Below are positions 24,729-37,382 of a DNA stretch of 64,000 nucleotides, piece after piece. The notes under the pieces are model-generated. The model did no database searches, was not told the origin of the DNA, and was given only the letters and a program-made list of their open reading frames with translations. Source of the DNA: Chiloscyllium plagiosum (taxonomy: Eukaryota); contig NC_057732.1 in assembly GCF_004010195.1 (NCBI RefSeq), forward strand, positions 33,682,584 to 33,746,583. The letters run 5' to 3'. The position numbers and the translations under genes are program-made. Every line of letters starts with the position of its first letter. The stretch's first letter is position 1.

Positions 24729-26304
24729 AACACCAGATTAGCTGCCTAATCCCCATTTAGAAGTGGAAATGAATATTTTTTGGTTATTTTAAATCAGTCA
24801 CGTCTCTTCCCCTGAGGAAAGGTGTTAAAATCTCCTCTGTCTTTGTGTTTTAAAACTGTTCTGCACTGCGGGAAACAGTATATTTTTACAGGTAAAATCC
24901 CCTTGAGGCTACCATTCAGATTTTGCTTCCTGAAACTTGCACATATGGAAACTTGATAGTAGTGAGAGAATTTACCATGGACCAATGAAAAGAAAAATTC
25001 CAGACATCGGCACTTCAGGGTTAAGTGTGGGCAATTTTCTGCCACACAGAAACTTGGCAATGGTTATGTATTTGGAATGGCATTTCTATTTGCAAAGCTG
25101 TTGCATTGGAATTGTATCTTGGCTACAACAACCAGCTCCACATGATACAGGAAGTTTAAAGGGGCCATTTCCTTCCTGGTTACAAAGTACAAATCTTCAG
25201 TTTCTTTGAAGGAGCTTAATGGAAGACCAGATGTTCAATCATGCTAAAAGAATACTTTTAAGGAGACTAAATGATCTTTATCAATCACTTTCTTTCAGGA
25301 CTGGACTCAATGTAAGCCCAGATGAATGGACTGGAGATCTCTTTTTAAAGGGCTATTTATTAGGAGTTTGGGCACCTAACTTATATGCATATAGCAATAA
25401 TATTATGTGCTAAAAATGGGAATTTGTCAAAGTTTAGTAAAATATTTTAATAAAATCAATGTATAAAAGCATAGAAGTGGAAAGGTGTCATCTCCATTAC
25501 ACGCTGAATGTTGCTAGACAAGTAAAATATGCGATAGTTTTGATTGGCTTGCTGACCCATTCCATGCTATAGTCAAAGGTGGCTGACACCCCTTCCCTCA
25601 AGTCATTCATAAATTATCTGAAACTCCCACCACAATATTGGTCAAGAAATAGCAACCCATCTACAGAAATAAAGAGTGGCATTGGGTGGATGCAAACATT
25701 TCTTCAGACTTTACAAAAAAAATTATCTATCCCAAACAAAAAGTGTTCACGAAACTTTTGTTATGCCTCTGATATTCAAGTGGAGGATTGGGAGGGGTTA
25801 ATTTGAACAAGTAAAGCCAGTATAAATGCTGAAAGGAAACACAATGTCAAAATACAACACAATGCAACAAGATTCATAGGATTGCAACAGGACAGAAGGC
25901 CATGTGACACATTGTGTTGGTGCTGACCTTTGTAGGGAAGAATTCACATGTTGCTACTCCCTAGCCCTCTTTCCCCATGTCCCTGCACATTCTTCCTCGT
26001 CAGGTTTTTAGAATGTTAAGAAAACGTGGAAAAAAAATCACAGCAAGGAAAGAAGTTACTCTGGGCATGGTGTCTGCACCAGCTAAATTCCATTTTCAAG
26101 CACTGATCTGTATCCCTGGAAGTTACTGGACAACATTGTTTCAGTGAGCGAATGGTTTCTGCTTCTATTGCCCTTTCAAACAATGAGTTCAAAACTTCCC
26201 ACCACCCTCTGGTTGAAAAACTGTTTCCTCATCAAGAATAGGCAATTTAGCTACTCAAGGTTGATCCACCACCAATCAAGTTAGATCTGCAACTCTTAGC
26301 AGCA

Positions 26305-26745
26305 TTTGATTTGCATTTATTGTCACATGTACCGAGATACAGTGAAAAACATTGTTTTGTGTGCTATCCACGCAAATCATACCATTCATAAGTACATCAG
26401 GGTAACAGAGCAGAATGCAGAATATGGTGTTACAGTTACAGAGAAGGTGCAGGGTAAGAGCAATTTTAATGCATGAGAGGTCCATTCAAAAGTCTGATAA
26501 CAGCAAGGAAGAAGCTATTCCTGAATCTGTTGATGTGTTTTCAAACTTCTGCATTTTCTGCTCAATGGCAGAGGGTGGAAGAGAATGTTACTGGGGGGTA
26601 GGGGTCTTTGATTATGCTGGCTGCTTTCCCGAGGCAGCAGGAAGTATGGACAGACTCAATGGATGAAAACCTGGTTTGCATGATGAACTGGCCTATGTTC
26701 ACAACTCCTAATTTCTTGCGGTCTTGGGCAAAGCAGTTGCAATAC
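26305..26745 (-). mobile_element. LINE 3' fragment (Rex/Babar- or L2-like)
   Basis: atttgcatttattgtcacatgtaccgagatacagtgaaaa end followed by acagcaaggaagaagctattcctgaatctg, typical of such 3' UTRs. Clade uncertain. Confidence 0.5.
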
Positions 26746-27254
26746 GAGTGGAGCGGTAGAGTTCACCACTTTCAGATCTGTGACTTTTCATAAGAACTGG
26801 GAAATGCAGAACTACAATAGGTATTGAGCAAATGAAAAGATGTTGAATGGGAAGATCAACAAGGAAGATTAGTCTGAGAAACAGAAGTTGTATCTGGTGG
26901 TGGTGTGAGCATCAGAATGCTGAATAGCAGCCATCTGAAAGCAAAGCAAATAAGACAGAAACAAGAAAGCAAAGAAAATGATCCAGCCAAGAACCATGAA
27001 ACAAAATAAGGCAGCTGTTGTAATCTAAAGTTGTTGAACTCAATATCAGGTTTAGAAGGATATAAAGTGCCAAGTTGAAAGATGAGGTACTTCTGGAGTT
27101 TGAGTCAAGCTTCACTAACACATTTCAGAAGTGAGAGCAAGTGGAGAACAAAAACGATATGTAACTGCAAGTTTAGAGTCACAGTTGCACACTTAATGGA
27201 GGTGTCCTACAAAACAGTTTGTACTTGATTCCCCTAAAAGGGAGTTGATTAATT

Positions 27255-27445
27255 CTGTTGCTTGGAAGACTGGCTTGCAATACAGAGTGAGGCCATTAGC
27301 ACGGGCTCAATTCATATACTGGCTGAGGTCACCTTGAAGGCCCTGCCCTCTTAACCCTAACCCTCGTCCGTGATAACCATCTGGTTAACTTCACCAATCA
27401 TCTCTCTCTAATGAGAGATCAGCCTATGGTCCTCCAAGGAAACTA
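27255..27445 (+). mobile_element. Third SINE family remnant
   Basis: gggctcaattc B-box-like motif, ctggctgaggtcacc, tctctctctaatgagaga; homologous to 63290-63475(-). Confidence 0.5.
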
Positions 27446-27809
27446 TGCAAAATCCCATATTCCTACTGTAGAGGAATCAATAATATTAAGCGATCTCAAT
27501 TTCAAAAGTTTAATTGACTCCCAACAACCATTTTTAGGGGAGAATGTTTCAAATTGTCCTGATGCTTTGAGAGAGGAACACCTTTTGACATCATCCCTGA
27601 ATGCTGTAGCTATAATTTTAAAGTTATACTCAAGCTCCCTTGTTCCAAACACCCAACCATCGCCTTGCAACCTGAGGAAATAAATGAATGCCACTTAACA
27701 CAGAAATTTATTAATCATGTTTAACCTTAATTAAGTCACCACTTCATCCTTTACACTCAATAGAATGCAAACTTGTTCTATGCAAAACTTCTTTATAACT
27801 TCACCCTTG

Positions 27810-28129
27810 AAAGAGGTCATTCACCCATTGAGTCTGTACAAACCCTCCAAAGAGCAGCCCACCACCCTATCCCTATATCCCTGCATTTACCATGACTAAT
27901 CCACCTAGCCTGCACATCCTTAGACACTATGGAAAATTTAGCATTGCCAATCCACCCAATCTGCACACCTTTGGACTGTGGGAGGAAACCACAGTGAGTG
28001 GTGGAAACCCATGAACACACAGGGAGAATGCTAAACTCCACACCGACAGTCGCCCCAAGGATGGAATCAAACCCGGGTGCCTGGTGATGTGAGGCAGTGG
28101 TGCTAACCACTGAGCCACTGTGCCACCCA
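27810..28129 (-). mobile_element. HE1-like SINE
   Basis: Ends ...gaggcagtggtgctaaccactgagccactgtgccaccc. Confidence 0.85.
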
Positions 28130-28354
28130 TAAAGGCTATCGTTGCAAATACAGGGCTCATAAACCAACGGTTTCATTTGACAATAATGACAGTTGGCAAG
28201 GATCTTGCAAAGTGGCCCACTTACCTTAAAATGTTCCTTTTTTTTTTGTTTAGAAAAACATCCGGACGCTCAGGTCCATAGCTTTCTCATAACAGAGCTG
28301 ATCTAGTGATTTTCATTCTTGAGGTACAGATAACAAGCAAAAGAACAAACTGAG

Positions 28355-28482
28355 AGATAGTGAGAACTACAGATGCTGGAGAGTCAGAGTGGATAAAGAG
28401 TTGAGCTGGAAAAAGCACAGCAAGTCAAGCATCAGAGGACAGGAGTCGTTCACATTTCAGGTTAGAACCTTTCATCAGGGCA
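28355..28482 (-). mobile_element. Solo pLTR (family A-related) with hammerhead-like core
   Basis: Reverse complement reads cCTGATGAaaggttctaacctGAAAtgtgaa followed by gatgcttgacttgctgtgc...ccagc. Confidence 0.6.
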
Positions 28483-29354
28483 GTGCTTGGTAGAGGCTTT
28501 GCAGTAAGACTGAACTTGAGAGAGACAGAAGTACAACAGACAGAAGTACAACTAGCTGCCTGCTACTGATGCACCTGTAGTCTTGTGACAGGCAGTCCTT
28601 AAGCTTCTCATTGTACTCAGCCAATCAAAACAGACTGTAACACTTTATGTGTCAGATAACATTTCTTAGATTTTAGTTGACATTTGAAGACATGAAGCAA
28701 TGCAGTTCTCAGAGTGATTTTTTTATATTAAAAGGATCACTTACTGCTTCTTTGAGTAGGTCATAATAATTCAAAATCTGACAATACAGCCTGCCAAAAA
28801 GCAAAAATACCACAAATGCTTAAAACCTAATCAGAAACAGGAGATGCAGATCCCTTAGCAACTGTGGTGTGAACTGTTGAGATTAAAAGTTTGTACCCTT
28901 ACTCAGAACTGAAAAATAAACGAGGATAAACAGATTATTAAAATCATAAAAGGACAATGGGAAGACAAGAAAACTTAAAGTAGGCTGGATGGAATGATTT
29001 TGGGATGATGTAGCAAATCATCTCAGCAAAGTAATAGGAAGATACATTAAATAAATAAAGGCGTCCAATGACTCACAATGGTACTGAGGTTGAAGGAAAA
29101 TACACACAAAAAAAAATCAGGAAAAAAAGAGAACCAAGAAATCAAGTTGACATTTAAAAGTTTGGAATGCAGCCTAGATAACAGTATTTTTTGTTTTATA
29201 GTTCCAAGTCTGGATTAAAAGCTTCAGAAAAGACTTAATAACAATAGCGGTCAGAATATAATGAAACAAGGAAATTGCTGTAAAATTTGTTTTATTCTGG
29301 AGAGCCAGTTTTGATTACAATTGTGTACGTTAGAGATTGTCTCACACATTGTCG

Positions 29355-30335
29355 TCAGGCAGGAGGCTAGAAGAATACAGCAGGCCAAGCAGCATCAGGA
29401 GGTGGAGAAGTGTAACCCTTCTTCAGGACTGGAGGTGGGTGTGGAGGTAGCTGCAGATAAAGGGGGTGGCGGGGGCAGGCTGGTGAAGTGGGATAGGTGA
29501 AGACAGGTAGAGGGTACGACCTGTTTGGTCTACAGGAGGAATGGATCCAGTTGATGGCGGGGAAGACTGGAAGGGAGGGGGAGGGGCTGGGAAGGGATGT
29601 TATTTGAAACTGGAGAACTCAATGGCGAGTCCTTCGGGCTGTAGGGTGCCCAGGCGGAAGATGAGATGTTGTTCCTTCAATTTGTGGTGTGGTTCATTGT
29701 GGCAATTGACCGGGAGGTCCAGTTGGCCCCTGTATGCCCAGCTGCGATGCTCAGTGAACCATTCCCTAAGTTTATGTTCGGTGTAGAGAAGACCACATCG
29801 GGAGCACCTGAAGCAGTAAACTAGGTTGGAAGAGAGGCAGGTGAACCTCTGTTTTAGGGCCTGGATGGACGTGAGGGGTTGGTGTACCATCTGGTTTTGC
29901 ATCTTTTTCAGTTGCAGGGGAAGGTACCAAGGGGTTTGGTTGGGAGAGTGGCGCAAATCAAGGACTGTTGAAGGGAACAGTCCTTGTGGAAGGCAGAGAG
30001 GAGTGGGGAGGGGAAGATGCTATTGGTGGTGGGGTCTAGTTGGAGATGGCAGAAGTGTTTAAGGAAGATGCGTTGGTTGCAGAGACCAGTGAGGTGGTAG
30101 GTAAGGACAAGGGGTATCGGTCTTTATTGGGTGGGGGGAGGAGTTTAGAGTAGTGGAATGGGGAATGGAGGTGGTGTGGTGGAAGGCTGTCTGGATGACA
30201 AAGGGAGGAAAAGCATGTTGTTTGAAATAGGTGGACATAAGCGGAATGTCGCCTCGTCCGAGCAGATGTGGCTGAGGCGGAGGAATTGGGACAATGGGAT
30301 GGAGTTCTTGATGGGTGGGCGGGGGTGGGGTAGTG
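29355..30335 (-). mobile_element. Degraded Penelope-like element (GIY-YIG region)
   Basis: FTCLSSNLVYCFRCSRCGLLY...LIFRLGTLQPEGLAIEFS. Confidence 0.85.
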
Positions 30336-30379
30336 GAGCACCATATAACTGTTTATTGTATTCCTCTGTACCTATTTAC

Positions 30380-31860
30380 AGTCATAGAGTCATAGAGATG
30401 TACAGCATGGAAACAGATCCTTCAGTCCAATCCGTCCATTCCAATCATATATCCCAACCCAATCTAGTCCCACCTGCTATCACACGGCCCATATCCCTCC
30501 AAACCCTTCCTATTCATATACACATCCAAATGCCTCTTAAATGTTGCAATTGTACCAGCCTCCACCACATCCTCTGGCAGCTCATTCCATACACGTACCA
30601 CCCTCTGCGTGAAAAAGTTGCCCCTTAGGTCTCTTTTATATCTTTCCCCTCTCATCCTAGACCTATGCCCTCTCTGACTCTCTGACCCCAGGGAAAAGAC
30701 TTGGTCTATTTATTCTATCTATGCCCCTCATAATTTTGTAAACCTCTATAAGGTCACCCCTCAGCCTTCGATGCTCCAGAGAAAACAGCTCCAGCCTGTT
30801 CTGCCTCTCCCTGTAGCTCAGATCCTCCAACCCTGGCAACATCCTTGTAAATCTTTTCTGAACCCTTTCAAGTTTCACAACATCTTTCCGATAGGAAGGA
30901 GACCAGATTTGCACACAATATTCCAACAGTGGCCTAACCAATGTCCTGTACAGCCGCAACATGACCTCCCAACTCCTGTACTCAATACTCTGACCAATAA
31001 AGGAAAGCATACCAAACACTGCCTTCATTATCCTATCTACCTNNNNNNNNNNNNNNNNNNNNNNNNNNNNNNNNNNNNNNNNNNNNNNNNNNNNNNNNNN
31101 NNNNNNNNNNNNNNNNNNNNNNNNNNNNNNNNNNNNNNNNNNNNNNNNNNNNNNNNNNNNNNNNNNNNNNNNNNNNNNNNNNNNNNNNNNNNNNNNNNNN
31201 NNNNNNNNNNNNNNNNNNNNNNNNNNNNNNNNNNNNNNNNNNNNNNNNNNNNNNNNNNNNNNNNNNNNNNNNNNNNNNNNNNNNNNNNNNNNNNNNNNNN
31301 NNNNNNNNNNNNNNNNNNNNNNNNNNNNNNNNNNNNNNNNNNNNNNNNNNNNNNNNNNNNNNNNNNNNNNNNNNNNNNNNNNNNNNNNNNNNNNNNNNNN
31401 NNNNNNNNNNNNNNNNNNNNNNNNNNNCTTGCTGATCTTTGAGGGGCCCTATTCTCTCCCTAGTTACCCTTTTGTCCTTAATATATTTGTAAAAACCCTT
31501 TGGATTCTCCTTAATTCTATTTGCCAAAGCTATCTCATGTCCCCGTTTTGCCCTCCTGATTTCCCTCTTAAGTATACTCCTACTTTCTTTATACTCTTCT
31601 AAGGATTCACTCGATCTATCCTGTCTATACCTGACATATGCTTCCTTCTTTTTCTTAACCAAACCCTCAATTTCTTTAGTCATCCAACATTCCCTATACC
31701 TACCAGCCTTCCCTTTCACCCTGACAGGAATATACTTTCTCTGGATTCTTGCTATCTCATTTCTGAAGGCTTCCCACTTTCCAGCCGTCCCTTTACCTGC
31801 GAACATCTGCCCACAATCAGCTTTTGAAAGTTCTTGCCTTTCTCCAATTTAGAACTTCAA
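30380..31860 (-). mobile_element. Young CR1 LINE fragment spanning an assembly gap
   Basis: IKENPKGFYKYIKDKRVTRERIGPLKDQQ and RTLVRPLLEYCVQIWSPSYRKDV; (ctctatga) tail at 30380-30400. Confidence 0.9.
31043..31427. other. Assembly gap (385 N)
   Basis: Run of N. Confidence 1.
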
Positions 31861-32471
31861 CATAAGGAATTTTTTCACCAGAAAATGGGTATAAGTAATG
31901 AATGTATTTGTTCAGCCAAAACCTCTCTTGCTCCTCCAACATTTCCAGTAAATCTGTTATCTAGTTCCTCTTTAAACAAGTTGCAGACAACTCCAACCAG
32001 AATATTATGAATGAATTTGCCCAGGTATTCCACAATACCAAAGCAGTCAAATCAATACGAACACAAGCCAGTACCAAAGCAAAACAATCCAATTTTATTA
32101 GGAACAAAATAATGATAATCTTTTTAATACTAAACAAACTACTCCTAATCCTATTTGGCCCCTTAAAGTTACAAAACTTCCTGAGTTTCTTGTAAATTTA
32201 CACAGTCGCACTCTCTGTGGTTCTGCAAAGCTGCTTTATTCCTCTCTCCCTCTCTCTCTATCCCTCGGTCTGGATGGTCAGCTGGTCTCTGCCTCTTGCC
32301 ATGCTGGTCTCCTCAGAAGACCTTAGACGATTCAAGGAGAGGTTCCAAGAGTGAGATTTACAGGGGAACTCTTGTTTTTATACCTTTTGGGTGGTTTTCT
32401 GGAACGTCCCATAGTTCTGACTAATGAGGAAGATTCACTTAATAGTTTGAAACAAGAGTCAATCTTTTAAA

Positions 32472-33042
32472 TGTGACGATGCTGTCACTTTAAGATTATT
32501 TTGTCCTTGGTTTTTTTTTGAAGAGAGGTCATGAAAGCAGAGGTGCCGAAGAGTCTACTTTAATAATGGAAAGGCAATGGCCACTTTGCCCAGTTCAGGT
32601 TGTTTCTAATTTGTTTTAGCTGTAACAGTCACAAGACGAAAGAGTCCAGAGGAGTTGCAAGCTTCAATAAAGAATTTCTCTTGACTTTTTTTCTGAAATC
32701 CCTCTTTGGATGTTATTCCATCCTGCCTGTAAGAATCGGTGTTTGAATTAACCTTTTTTGTCAGTGGGTGTGTTTATGGAGTGTTGCTGTATTCGAATAG
32801 TTACTTAGTAATAGTTAATGTAGCAGGTCGGTTAAGTTATCTAACAGTAAAGTTACTCTAAATTCTGCTTTCTTTAGTCTGTGTTTCAAATGCAGTGCTT
32901 AAGTAGATTCTGTTTTGCTTAAAGCCAAGTGGTTTGATGAGCTGCATCACACTTGGAACATCCACCTTTAAAATAACAAAATGTTAGGGTCTAGACTTCT
33001 TTCTTAAAATATTTTAAAGGGGTTCTGGTCTGGTCCATAACA
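32472..33042 (+). mobile_element. Solo LTR-like element
   Basis: Starts TGTGACG, ends CATAACA (TG...CA with short terminal inverted repeat) and has an internal aataaa. No clear TSD. Confidence 0.45.
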
Positions 33043-33898
33043 GATGGCATGCTACTGTCAGTTTCTTTGTGTAGCAGGAACCAATGCCTTTCTGTCTGGG
33101 CTGTCCTTTGTTTCGTGGGTAAGCTGCTGGAGGAGTTTGTGCAGGATAACTGACACCTTTTGTACTATGCTAATGTCATTAGTACCTGGCTGCTGTATTT
33201 GCACTATGTCTGCTGTGTGGGTTTAGTGATTTCAGAGTTTCACTTGGCCAATGTACCCAGCATCCTTTGCTGTTTGGCCAAGTTAGCAATCTGTGTATTC
33301 ACAGCCAGGAGGTTGCTACATCTGTCTTCACTTAGAAACTTTGACAACTTTTTTTTTGTGTGGTGAAAGCAGTGGGTGGGGTTGTGAGGGAGAGGAAGTG
33401 CAGAGGAATAAATGCTAGGAGAAATCGGATTTAAATGATACTGCCAGAACCAAGAAATTTACTTATGACTTCTGGCAGCCCCTCAGTACATTTCATCCCA
33501 TTTTAACAATCCTTACGGTAATGTGGAGCATGCAAAATTTTGAAGTCCACATTCCTTCACTGATAATTAAAACATTGCCTGAAAAATGTCTAAGTGATAT
33601 TTGTTTTCTTTCAATTTGGTGTGTTCTTAACAATATATTCATACCGTTCAAGATTTCAATAATTTGAAGGAGTGGTTTCAAAAATTGCGAGTAACCCTTT
33701 GGCAGTAAAGCATCCAGACAGCACGACATCACATCACATAGTGATCTCTGACACATGTGGGACATTTCAGTAATAGGATTTTTATTAGTACAATATTCCA
33801 AGTAGTCATGATTTGGAGATGCTGTTGTTGGACTGGGGTGTACAAAGTTAAAAATCACACAACACCAGGTTATAGTCCAACAGGTTTAATTGGAAGCA

Positions 33899-33933
33899 CA
33901 CTAGCTTTCGGAGCAATGCTCCTTCATCAGGTG
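33899..33933 (-). ncRNA. Minimal hammerhead ribozyme motif (family B), sense to the plexin strand
   Basis: Reverse complement reads cac-CUGAUGA-A-GGAGC AUU GCUCC-GAAAG CUA|gug. Confidence 0.78.
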
Positions 33934-33939
33934 ATCTAT

Positions 33940-33974
33940 CACCTGATGAAGGAGCGTTGCTCCGAAAGCTAGTG
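33940..33974 (+). ncRNA. Minimal hammerhead ribozyme motif (family B)
   Basis: cac-CUGAUGA-A-GGAGC GUU GCUCC-GAAAG CUA|gug; helix I cac/gug, helix III AGCU palindrome. Confidence 0.78.
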
Positions 33975-34229
33975 TGCTTCCAATTAAACCTGTTGGACTA
34001 TAACCTGGTGTTGTGTGATTTTTAACTTCTTATTCCAAGTAGATTGCATGGAATCAGACTCAGTGAAAAAATATAGCAGAATCCCCAGGTATAGGGCAGC
34101 TACTTTCTATTTTGCCTGTTCAAGATTTCAGCGTTCATGGAAAGTTGAGTGTATTTCTTTCGTTAAATTACAAATACCAAGTTTCTGAGAAACAATGAAA
34201 AGGTTTGTGTCCCAGCCTTATACTTTATA

Positions 34230-34795
34230 TCGGGTCCTGGAGATATACATATACAGCACAGAAACAAACCCTTTGGTCCAACTCATCCAATGCCAACCAG
34301 TTAACCTAAATAAATCCAATCCCATTTGGCAGTATTTGGCCTATATCCCTCCAAACCCTTCCTATTCATATACCCATTCAGATGCCTTTTAAATGTTGTA
34401 ATTGTACCAACCTCCATCACTTTCTTTAGCAGTTCATTCCATACACACATTACCCTCTGTGTGAAAAAGTTGCCCCTTAGGTCCCTTTCAGATCTTTCTC
34501 CTTTCACCCTAAACTTATGCCCTGTAGTTCTGGACTCCCCTACTCCAGGGAAAAGATCTTTATTTACCTTATTTACTCTATTTACCCTTTCCATGCCCCT
34601 CATGATTTTATAAATCTCTATAAGGACATTTCGCAACCTCCGATACTCCAGAGAAAACAGGCCCAGCCTATTCAGCCTCTCCCTTTAGCTCAAACCCTCC
34701 AAACCTGGCAACATCCTTGTAAATCGTTTTTGAACCCTTTCAAGTTTCAGAACATCTTTCCTAAAGCAGGGAGACCAGAATTGCACACAGTTTTC
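34230..34795 (-). mobile_element. CR1 3' fragment
   Basis: IYKIMRGMERVN...DLRGNFFTQRV...FKRHLNGYMNRKGLEGY. Confidence 0.88.
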
Positions 34796-35227
34796 TAAAA
34801 CAAATGCTGTTTATGCTGTTTAAGGGATTCTCAAAAAAAGAGGACACTGTCATCAGGAATTCAGTGGAAAAGCCTGCGTCTGGAAAAACAATGCCAGTTC
34901 CAATCGCATCCAAAAGAAAAATACCACAGACTGTGTCATTCTCAATAGCTATTTTAAAGAGGAATGTATAAACCAAAGCTGTGCAAAATCAACAAGAGTA
35001 AGAAAAAGCAAAAATAATGTTTTGCAAGTACATGGTAGGTGAGCCGAAATATGAAAAAGATATTTCAACTTATAAGATTGGGTTTTCTGATCCTATAGTC
35101 GTAAAATTACAAAAAAATCATTCTTACTGTTTTTCTTCCTTGACCCCTGCTGCTAACCTTGTATGTCATAACAGTTCCTATCTTGGATTAGTCAATGCAG
35201 AATGGAATTTCAGGCATTCAATTCAAA

Positions 35228-35444
35228 GAGTTGAAAAGTGTGGTGCTGGAAAAACACAGCAGGCCAGGCAGCATCCGAAGAGCAGGAGAATCAACGTTTC
35301 GGGCATAAGCCCACTTTCAGGAATCGGGCTTATGCCCAAAACATCGATTCTCCTGCTCCTCAGATGCTGCCTGGCCTGCTGTGTTTTTCCAGCACCACAC
35401 TTTTCAACCCTGGTCTCCAGCATCTGCAGTCCTCACTTTCTCCT
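35228..35444. mobile_element. Fold-back pLTR insertion (family A) with 12-bp TSD
   Basis: TSD attcaattcaaa at 35216-35227 and 35445-35456; inverted arms of about 80 bp. Confidence 0.88.
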
Positions 35445-36577
35445 ATTCAATTCAAAAGAGCTACCATGGAAGAAACCCATTGTCCTAAAAAATCAAACAC
35501 AGGACAAGTCCCCAGCAGACCAGGTAAAGCCAAACTGATACAAAAGTACAAATGAACGTCTGTTCTAGGAGGATCAGGAAGTACAAAGTTTAAAACAAAC
35601 CATTAAAAGGAAACCCAACTTTTGGATAGTAAATTGACATAAAATAAACAAGGAATCATAAAGATAGTAATAAGTTCATGAAGTGTAGACTTGGCAGAAA
35701 GGAAGGACCCAAGAATAAATCAAATATTGGACAATGATATTAATCAAAAATAGAAAATGAATGTGACACAATATAAAGGGTTAAATAAAAGGAAACGGAA
35801 AATGAAGGTCACGGTGTGTTCACAACGGGATCAAGAAAAAAAATCTATCTGACAAGCAAAACTAAGTAAAAGGTTCCATTAAGGTCAGATGAATTAATTT
35901 AGAAATTATTTCTCTCTGTTGAGCCTATCCAACATGCAAACTTCTAAACAGGTTTATTCTCCACAACCATCTGTCATCCTTCTGAACCCAAGTTCAGCCA
36001 GGATTCACAGCACAGCGCAACTCTAGTCTTACTGAATATTCTGAGTTAATGTCTAAACGTTAGTCATTGAGATGAAAAAATAAATACATAAGATCAGAAG
36101 TGTCTCTACAGTAGCTACATAGATTAAGACCTCTTAAAACCTGGGAGAGTGGGGCAAAACAATTAATCTAGTTGAATTACCTGATAGATTAATTTTTTTC
36201 AAAAAGAATTTAACCTTAATCTAACATCTCTTCATAGGCAATGCCTCAATGTGTTTCTGTATCAGTCATACAAGAAAATTAAACAACAAATTACACTTTC
36301 AATTGCATCATCACAAAACAATGTTGGCACAATGAATCATACCCATATTGTCATTAGTTGTTTAATGAGACTTATCCTAGTTTAAATAATAAATGGATAC
36401 TATCAGCGTAAACTGTACTAAATGTAGCACAAGTTGTATATCTCAATTTCATAGTCATTAAAATGATAAGTTGTACTGAAACCACATTTGAATCAGCGAA
36501 TCAGCTAATAAATGTATTGCATGAGTCGGGGTTATAGCTGAATGATGCTGCATTTAGCCATGAACACTTTCAGCATT

Positions 36578-36677
36578 TAGAACATAGAACATAGAAGACG
36601 TTGGTGCCAATATGGACCACGACTTCGGGCTGCTCCCCCTCCCCCTCCAGGACCCGGAAAACACGATCAGAGACATC
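36578..36677 (-). mobile_element. CR1 mini-chimera: ORF1 esterase fragment fused to a (ttctatg)n 3' tail
   Basis: Reverse complement translates DVSDRVFRVLEGEGEQPEVVVHIGTN, then ttctatgttctatgttcta. Confidence 0.7.
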
Positions 36678-37254
36678 AAATTTGCTGGATCACATACGAT
36701 GTAATACATTGTATTTGCCTGCACTTCCTGTTAAGCTAGTCAACATCCTAATGCCAGATTAATTGTACAACCCTTGTCCATTATAATTTCTCACACCTAC
36801 ATTTATGTCATACCTGAATAAATTTGTGCGATGGATTATATAACTGTGAGTGACTGACAGCTTGCTTTCTATGTAGTTATGTGTCAGCTCAGTCATAGCT
36901 AGTGCTGAGATAAAGCTGGATGTGGTCAGCATACATGTGGAATATCATACAATGATTCTGATTACAAGTAGTGCAGGAGGGCAAAAGGGAGCAGAGTAGG
37001 AAGGGCAAGTCTATTAAAACCAAGACAGAGCTGCTGCTGAACATGATGGCAAGATCTCATGAAAATTTTATTCTTACATTTTCTGCTTGAGAGCCAGCTA
37101 ATTTTATGAGCTGACCAATGTGACAATCAGTTGCTGAAGGTTGCAGTATAGACAGGGTGGAAGCAGGAGACTTCAGAACATAGCACAGGAGCAGGACTAA
37201 AAATTACCAGGGGCAGCATGAGGTAATATAATGGCCACAGTCAGAAGTAGAGTG

Positions 37255-37382
37255 TGCATAAATAGAAAGCGGGCCATACCACCAGTGCTTCACCAGAGAC
37301 TCACTGATGATGTTACCTAGTCAAGGTGACAAAATGGCTGAAAACAAACCTTTCAGGTCAGCGAGCAAACTTACATCCAGAA
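37255..37382 (+). mobile_element. Solo terminal fragment of PLE family C with hammerhead core
   Basis: ataaatagaaagcggg...caCTGATGAtgttacctagtcaaggtgacaaaa...tcagcgagcaaac; matches 40265-40390. Confidence 0.65.

Larger units (their letters stand above)
33806..34030. mobile_element. Near-perfect palindromic element (family B) with 12-bp TSD
   Basis: TSD tattccaagtag at 33794-33805 and 34031-34042; ~90-bp arms 33846-33935 and 33938-34028 with a 2-nt centre. Confidence 0.92.

Noticed and set aside
28219-28350. Consensus minus-strand donor AAG|gtaagt as a 5' UTR exon end
   Set aside because: No convincing acceptor or promoter upstream; such 9-mers arise by chance in 64 kb.
30771-31806. Long ORFs of 223 and 257 aa
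   Set aside because: Inflated by the N gap; the flanks are CR1 ORF2.
33846-34028. miRNA precursor or classical MITE
   Set aside because: Stem too long and perfect for a typical pre-miRNA. The 12-bp TSD, asymmetric ends and hammerhead motifs fit PLE-type retroposition better than cut-and-paste transposition.
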